From NCBI RefSeq assembly GCF_006345805.1, contig NC_043020.1, forward strand, positions 27,342,001 through 27,406,000: a stretch of 64,000 bases of DNA. Reading direction: 5' to 3'. Under the pieces are notes generated by a model. The model searched no databases. It was not told the origin of the DNA and saw nothing but the letters and a program-made list of their open reading frames with translations. The position numbers and the translations under genes are program-made. This document shows positions 63,140-64,000 of the stretch, piece by piece. The stretch comes from Octopus sinensis (lineage: Eukaryota). Each line of letters starts with the position of its first letter. Positions within the stretch are counted from its first letter, which is position 1.

Positions 63140-64000
63140 ATTGATAGTTGTCTCCCTTCACTTCTTCTGCTTCGCCTTTCTTTCTTTGTCTTTTTTCTTT
63201 CTCTCTTTCTTTATTCTTTCTTTTTCTTTTTTCTTCCCTTTCTGTCTTTCTTTCTTTCTTTCTTCTTCCTTCCTTCTTTCTTCTCTTTCTCTCTTTCTTT
63301 TTTCCTTCTTTCTCTCTTTCCTTCTTCCCGTTCTGTCTTTCTTTTTTCCTTCTTTCTCTCTTTCTTTCTTCCCTGTCTCTCTTCTCTTTCTGTCTTTCTT
63401 TTTTCCTTCTTTCTTCCCTCTCTCTCTTTCTTTTTTCTTTCTTTCTCCCCTTTCTGTCTCTTTTCCTTTCTCTCACCTCTAACTTGTTTTTCCTTTACTA
63501 CTTTCTCTCCAATTCTTTATGTGGCAGAAGCCCAGGTGAGATCAGTTTTGGCTGGATTCCCTTCCAAATGCCAACCACTTTACAGTGTAGACTGGATATT
63601 TTTTACATGGCCTCACCACTCTATATATATATATTCTCTTTTACTTGTTTCAGTCATTTTGACTGCGGCCATGCTGGGGCACCGCCTTTAATTGAGCAAA
63701 TCGACCCCGGGACTTATTCTTTGTAAGCTCAGTACTTATTCTATCGGTCTCTTTTGCCGAACCGCTAAGTGACGGGGACGTAAACACACCAGCATCGGTT
63801 GTCAAGCGATGCTAGGGGGACAAACACAGCAGACACACACATACATATATATATATATACATATATATGACAGGCTTCTTTCAGTTTCCGTCTACCAAAT
63901 CCACTTACAAGGCATTGGTCGGCCCAGGGCTATAGCAGAAGACACTCACCCAAGATGCCACGCAGTGGGACTGAACCCGGAACCATGTGGTTGGTTAGCA

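Overview
Repeat-rich, intron-dominated eukaryotic DNA. The repeat content and gene sequences point to a coleoid cephalopod, most likely Octopus (inference). Two genes are recognisable by translation. (1) ERGIC3 on +: eight internal GT-AG exons (26067-50416) splice into one 732-nt open frame. I found neither its first coding exon nor its last exons in the window. (2) ROMO1 on -: a complete 70-aa CDS in two exons (56273-56170, 55029-54921) with a polyA signal, apparently nested antisense in an ERGIC3 intron. The rest is mostly tRNA-derived SINEs (at least five families), RTE- and CR1-type LINE fragments, a solo LTR, hAT, Tc1/mariner and piggyBac-type MITEs, minisatellites and microsatellites. 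Almost all other ORFs in the track are repeat artefacts. Most unusual observations: a tRNA-headed SINE carrying a minimal hammerhead-ribozyme motif; a C4HC3 (PHD-type) finger inserted inside the RTE reverse transcriptase; a ~35-copy minisatellite built from the A-box segment of a SINE head; three tandem arrays of a TTAA MITE that share the same 23-bp spacer; and several near-perfect intronic hairpins. Coordinates were counted by eye, and repeat boundaries are approximate. No database search was run.
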